This document shows, piece by piece, positions 8,191 to 10,823 of a DNA stretch of 10,823 nucleotides. The stretch is from Fidelibacterota bacterium. Its GTDB lineage: Bacteria; Fidelibacterota; Fidelibacteria; Fidelibacterales; DSDE01. A program made the translations under genes and the position numbers. A model generated the notes under the pieces. That model did no database searches, was not told where the DNA came from, and worked only from the letters and a program-made list of their open reading frames with translations. The first letter of the stretch is position 1. The number at the start of each line of letters is the position of its first letter. The stretch spans positions 1 to 10,823 of the forward strand of contig JBJKQR010000038.1 in the NCBI GenBank assembly GCA_046735395.1. The letters are read 5' to 3'.

Positions 8191-9201
8191 CTACCGGACC
8201 ATCAGTTTATTGGTTTCATTGAGTTTATGATACTGTCCGCTGAAGTCATAAATTTTCCGGAGCAGCAGGATGCGGTTCCGGGTTGCCCTGGAATTCTTAC
8301 CGTAGAGATCAGCACTGGCCTGCAGGGCAGACAGGGCATAAAATTCCGCTTCCTTATAATTTCGCAGGACAAAGAAATCCTCTGCCAGGCCGAAATCGCA
8401 GATATCCAGATAATAGGGGTTCTTTTCGCAGAGTGTCCGTGCTTTTTTATATAGAGCCGTTGATTTGAGAATGCCCTTCTGCTTTCTCGCGATTTTTGCC
8501 GAGAGCAGCAGGATACGGATCTGCAGGTCCGGAGTCAGATCCGGTTTATTCTGTAATTGTTCGAGCGTGCGGTCTGAAAGCTCAAGTTTATCATTGTCAT
8601 AATAGGCCAGAGCCAGGTCATACAGGAGTTCCGGCGAACGGGAGGGTCCGGCGAGCGCTGTTTTCCATTTGATGTAATACAGGTAATACTCGGGCAATTT
8701 ATTATCCCGGTAATGATTAATCAGCACATCGAGTGAATAATTCAGATTATCGGAATAACGGGAGGGAAGCCGGCTGCTCTGGGCGACAAAGAGCTTGACG
8801 TAGCGGATTTCAGGCCTGAGATTTCGTCTGCGGATAAAATTCAGATAATCATCGAGAAGCTGAACACGATAGTCGTTGCTGCATTTGTACTGCTGGCTGT
8901 TTTCACAGCTTCTGCGGAAGAAGTGCCCGGCAAGTGTAACCTTGTTCTCCGCATCCAGGATGAGAGCAAGATTTCTCAGCGTCGCGGAATAATCCGGGGA
9001 TGCCACCGCATCAGCTGTCTGCAGGTCACGGATTCGGATTTTCAGAGAGTCTTCACTGGCCGAAAGCCGGGCAGGCGCCAGGCCCTGAACGGGAGAGGGC
9101 AGCAGCCGCGCTTCGGATAATGCGGGCTCAGGCCCCTGACTGCACTGAAATAAGGCAGCAACCGCAATCAGGATAATACTGCGTGAAAAAAGTCTTTTCA
9201 T
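8191..9201 (-). CDS. Tetratricopeptide-repeat-like putative lipoprotein (336 aa)
   Basis: Start reassigned from 9393 to ATG 9201, 4 nt after the motB stop. This gives a signal peptide MKRLFSRSIILIAVAALFQ-C20 (basic N-region, hydrophobic core, Cys). TPR-like helices: TLRNLALILDAENKVTLAGHFFRRS, LLYDLALAYYDNDKLELSDRTLEQL, LAEDFFVLRNYKEAEFYALSALQASADLYG. Confidence 0.68.
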   Translation of the reverse strand: MKRLFSRSIILIAVAALFQCSQGPEPALSEARLLPSPVQGLAPARLSASEDSLKIRIRDLQTADAVASPDYSATLRNLALILDAENKVTLAGHFFRRSCENSQQYKCSNDYRVQLLDDYLNFIRRRNLRPEIRYVKLFVAQSSRLPSRYSDNLNYSLDVLINHYRDNKLPEYYLYYIKWKTALAGPSRSPELLYDLALAYYDNDKLELSDRTLEQLQNKPDLTPDLQIRILLLSAKIARKQKGILKSTALYKKARTLCEKNPYYLDICDFGLAEDFFVLRNYKEAEFYALSALQASADLYGKNSRATRNRILLLRKIYDFSGQYHKLNETNKLMVR

Positions 9202-9205
9202 AAAA

Positions 9206-10027
9206 TCAGGACTGTCGGAAAATAAGCGTATCCGGACGGGAATCCTTGATCTGCTGCTCGATGGTTTTCCGTTCATAGATAATTTCCACACGCCGGTTTT
9301 TCGCACGGTGGGCCGGTGTGTCATTGGGAACCAACGGATGGTATTCGCCATAGGCGCGGGCAGACAGCAGCTTGGGATCCACACCCGCATCAATCAGAAT
9401 ATGAACGATATCAATGGCCCGCAGCCCGGATAATTCCCAGTTGGAACGGTATTTTCCGGATTTGACCGGCAGATTGTCCGTATGGCCTTCGACCGTAATG
9501 GTATAAATGAACTGTTTGAGAATTTCAGCAATTTTACGAATGATGCGTTTTCCCTGTTCACTCATCGCCGCATCCCCGGTCTGAAAGATAATGACATCGG
9601 AGAGAGTGATGACGACACCGTCCTTATTCTGTGCCACATCCACCGCTCCCTGCAGTTCATTGAACATGACCAGTTCTTCCACATCGGAAACGATATCATC
9701 CATCTCCTTCTGTACCATTCCGCCCAGTTCATCGACGGCATTCACTTCCTGTTTCGGAGTCTTCACATCCGCCATTTTCAATCCCTCGCGGGTACCGGCT
9801 TCCGGAACTTTATCAACTCCGATGGCCGTGGACAGCGATTTCATCAGCTGTTCAAACTTCATCTCATTAATGGATGACATGGCAAAAAGGAGCACGAAGA
9901 AGGCAAAGAGCAGGGTCACCATATCTGAATAGGTTGCCATCCAGTTAGGGAGCCCCTTCTTACACTCCTCCTCTTCTTCCTCCTCCTCAGCGGCTAGCTC
10001 ATCTTCATCAAATTCTTCTTCTGACAT
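9206..10027 (-). CDS. motB: Stator B subunit, MotB/PomB family (single TM with ion-binding Asp35, plug, OmpA-like peptidoglycan-binding domain)
   Basis: GLPNWMATYSDMVTLLFAFFVLLFAMS TM/plug motif. OmpA-like motifs ITVEGHTDN, SNWELSGLRA, AYGEYHPLVPNDT, RAKNRRVEI. Confidence 0.95.
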   Translation of the reverse strand: MSEEEFDEDELAAEEEEEEEECKKGLPNWMATYSDMVTLLFAFFVLLFAMSSINEMKFEQLMKSLSTAIGVDKVPEAGTREGLKMADVKTPKQEVNAVDELGGMVQKEMDDIVSDVEELVMFNELQGAVDVAQNKDGVVITLSDVIIFQTGDAAMSEQGKRIIRKIAEILKQFIYTITVEGHTDNLPVKSGKYRSNWELSGLRAIDIVHILIDAGVDPKLLSARAYGEYHPLVPNDTPAHRAKNRRVEIIYERKTIEQQIKDSRPDTLIFRQS

Positions 10028-10107
10028 AATTTTTCTGTCTATTTCTTTTCTTTTTTCTCTTTTTTCGCGCCGTCTTTCTTATCTGCCTTTTTACTCTTGG
10101 TCTTCTT
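9965..10107 (-). repeat. Low-complexity purine-rich tract (GAG/GAA and AAA/AAG codons) spanning the motA 3' end and motB 5' end
   Basis: Encodes the MotA tail KKTKSKKADKKDGAKKEKKEKK and the MotB head MSEEEFDEDELAAEEEEEEEE (8 consecutive Glu codons). Confidence 0.8.
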
Positions 10108-10823
10108 GGCATTCTGTATGTAGATGTTGAGACGGTCTTCCATGAAATTCGGATTTTCACCGCTGCGGATGGACAGGATGCCTTCCATGAGCAGGTTCAT
10201 ATTCAGTGTTTCTTCTTCGCTGCGCCGCTGAAGCTTTGTGCTCATGGGCAGGAAGAAAAGGTTGGCCATGATCGTACCATAAAACGTGGTCAGCAAGGCT
10301 ACGGCCATCTTGGGACCGATGGTGGAGGGATCTTTCAGGTCCGCCATCATCTGCACAAGGCCGATAAGGGTACCGATCATACCAAAGGCCGGGCCGAAAT
10401 CACCCATGGTGGTGAATATCTGCCAGCCGACTTTGTGACGTTTCTGCAGAATGCTGATTTCCTTTTTCAGAATGCTGACGATATCCGCTGTCCGAAGTCC
10501 GTCAACTGTCATCTGCAGAGCCTTGATGAAAAAGGGATCCTTGATGTCCTTCATTTTCTTTTCAAGGGCAAGAACACCTTCGGTTTTAGCGACCTTGGAT
10601 AATTCAACCAGTTTCTCAATGAGTTTGATGGGATCCTGGCTTTTAAAAATGAAGACGCGGATAAACAGTCCGAATACAGAGGCGACTTCCTTGAGCGGGT
10701 AGGCAATAAAGGTCGAAGCAAAGGTGCCACCGACTACAATCATGACGGATGGGGCATTCCAGAAAAGTCCCAGGCCGCTGTTCATCATGATGGAACCCAC
10801 GACGAGTCCGATACCTGACAATA
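10039..10823 (-). CDS. motA: Stator A subunit, MotA/PomA family, 5'-partial
   Basis: PSVMIVVGGT, EGVLALE, DPFFIKALQMTVDG, GPAFGMIGTLIGLVQM, IGPKMAVALLTTFYG..ANLFFLP, EGILSIRSGENP. The track's start at 10821 is a TTG at the window edge within TM1; the true start is probably a few codons upstream. Confidence 0.95.
   Translation of the reverse strand, partial: LSGIGLVVGSIMMNSGLGLFWNAPSVMIVVGGTFASTFIAYPLKEVASVFGLFIRVFIFKSQDPIKLIEKLVELSKVAKTEGVLALEKKMKDIKDPFFIKALQMTVDGLRTADIVSILKKEISILQKRHKVGWQIFTTMGDFGPAFGMIGTLIGLVQMMADLKDPSTIGPKMAVALLTTFYGTIMANLFFLPMSTKLQRRSEEETLNMNLLMEGILSIRSGENPNFMEDRLNIYIQNAKKTKSKKADKKDGAKKEKKEKK

Noticed and set aside
9202..9393. N-terminal 64-aa extension of the TPR ORF
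   Set aside because: It overlaps motB in another frame, and ATG 9201 gives a signal peptide and tight operon spacing.
9206..10823. motA/motB as the Zorya anti-phage ZorA/ZorB pair
   Set aside because: The A subunit is normal stator size with flagellar-type motifs and lacks the long ZorA cytoplasmic tail. The downstream genes are not ZorC/D/E-like.
1..10823. CRISPR array, tRNA/rRNA, IS or integrase
   Set aside because: Intergenic gaps are at most 105 bp, and no periodic repeats or transposase/integrase motifs were seen.

Overview
Gene-dense bacterial window with two convergent blocks. Plus strand: recG (5' end outside the window), a large DUF2723/TMEM260-like (GT-C) membrane glycosyltransferase with a C-terminal TPR-like region, a GT2 glycosyltransferase, dprA and a short-form ispG. 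Minus strand, apparently one tightly coupled operon: motA/pomA (5' end outside the window), motB/pomB, a TPR-like putative lipoprotein (true start probably 9201) and a GNAT acetyltransferase. No RNA genes, CRISPR arrays or mobile elements were seen. The best leads are (i) a TMEM260-like GT-C plus GT2 pair that may be an uncharacterised bacterial protein-glycosylation module, and (ii) a stator pair with Na+-type signature residues and charge-complementary tails (Lys-rich MotA C-terminus, poly-Glu MotB N-terminus), followed by non-flagellar genes. All calls come from motif recognition by eye; no searches were run.
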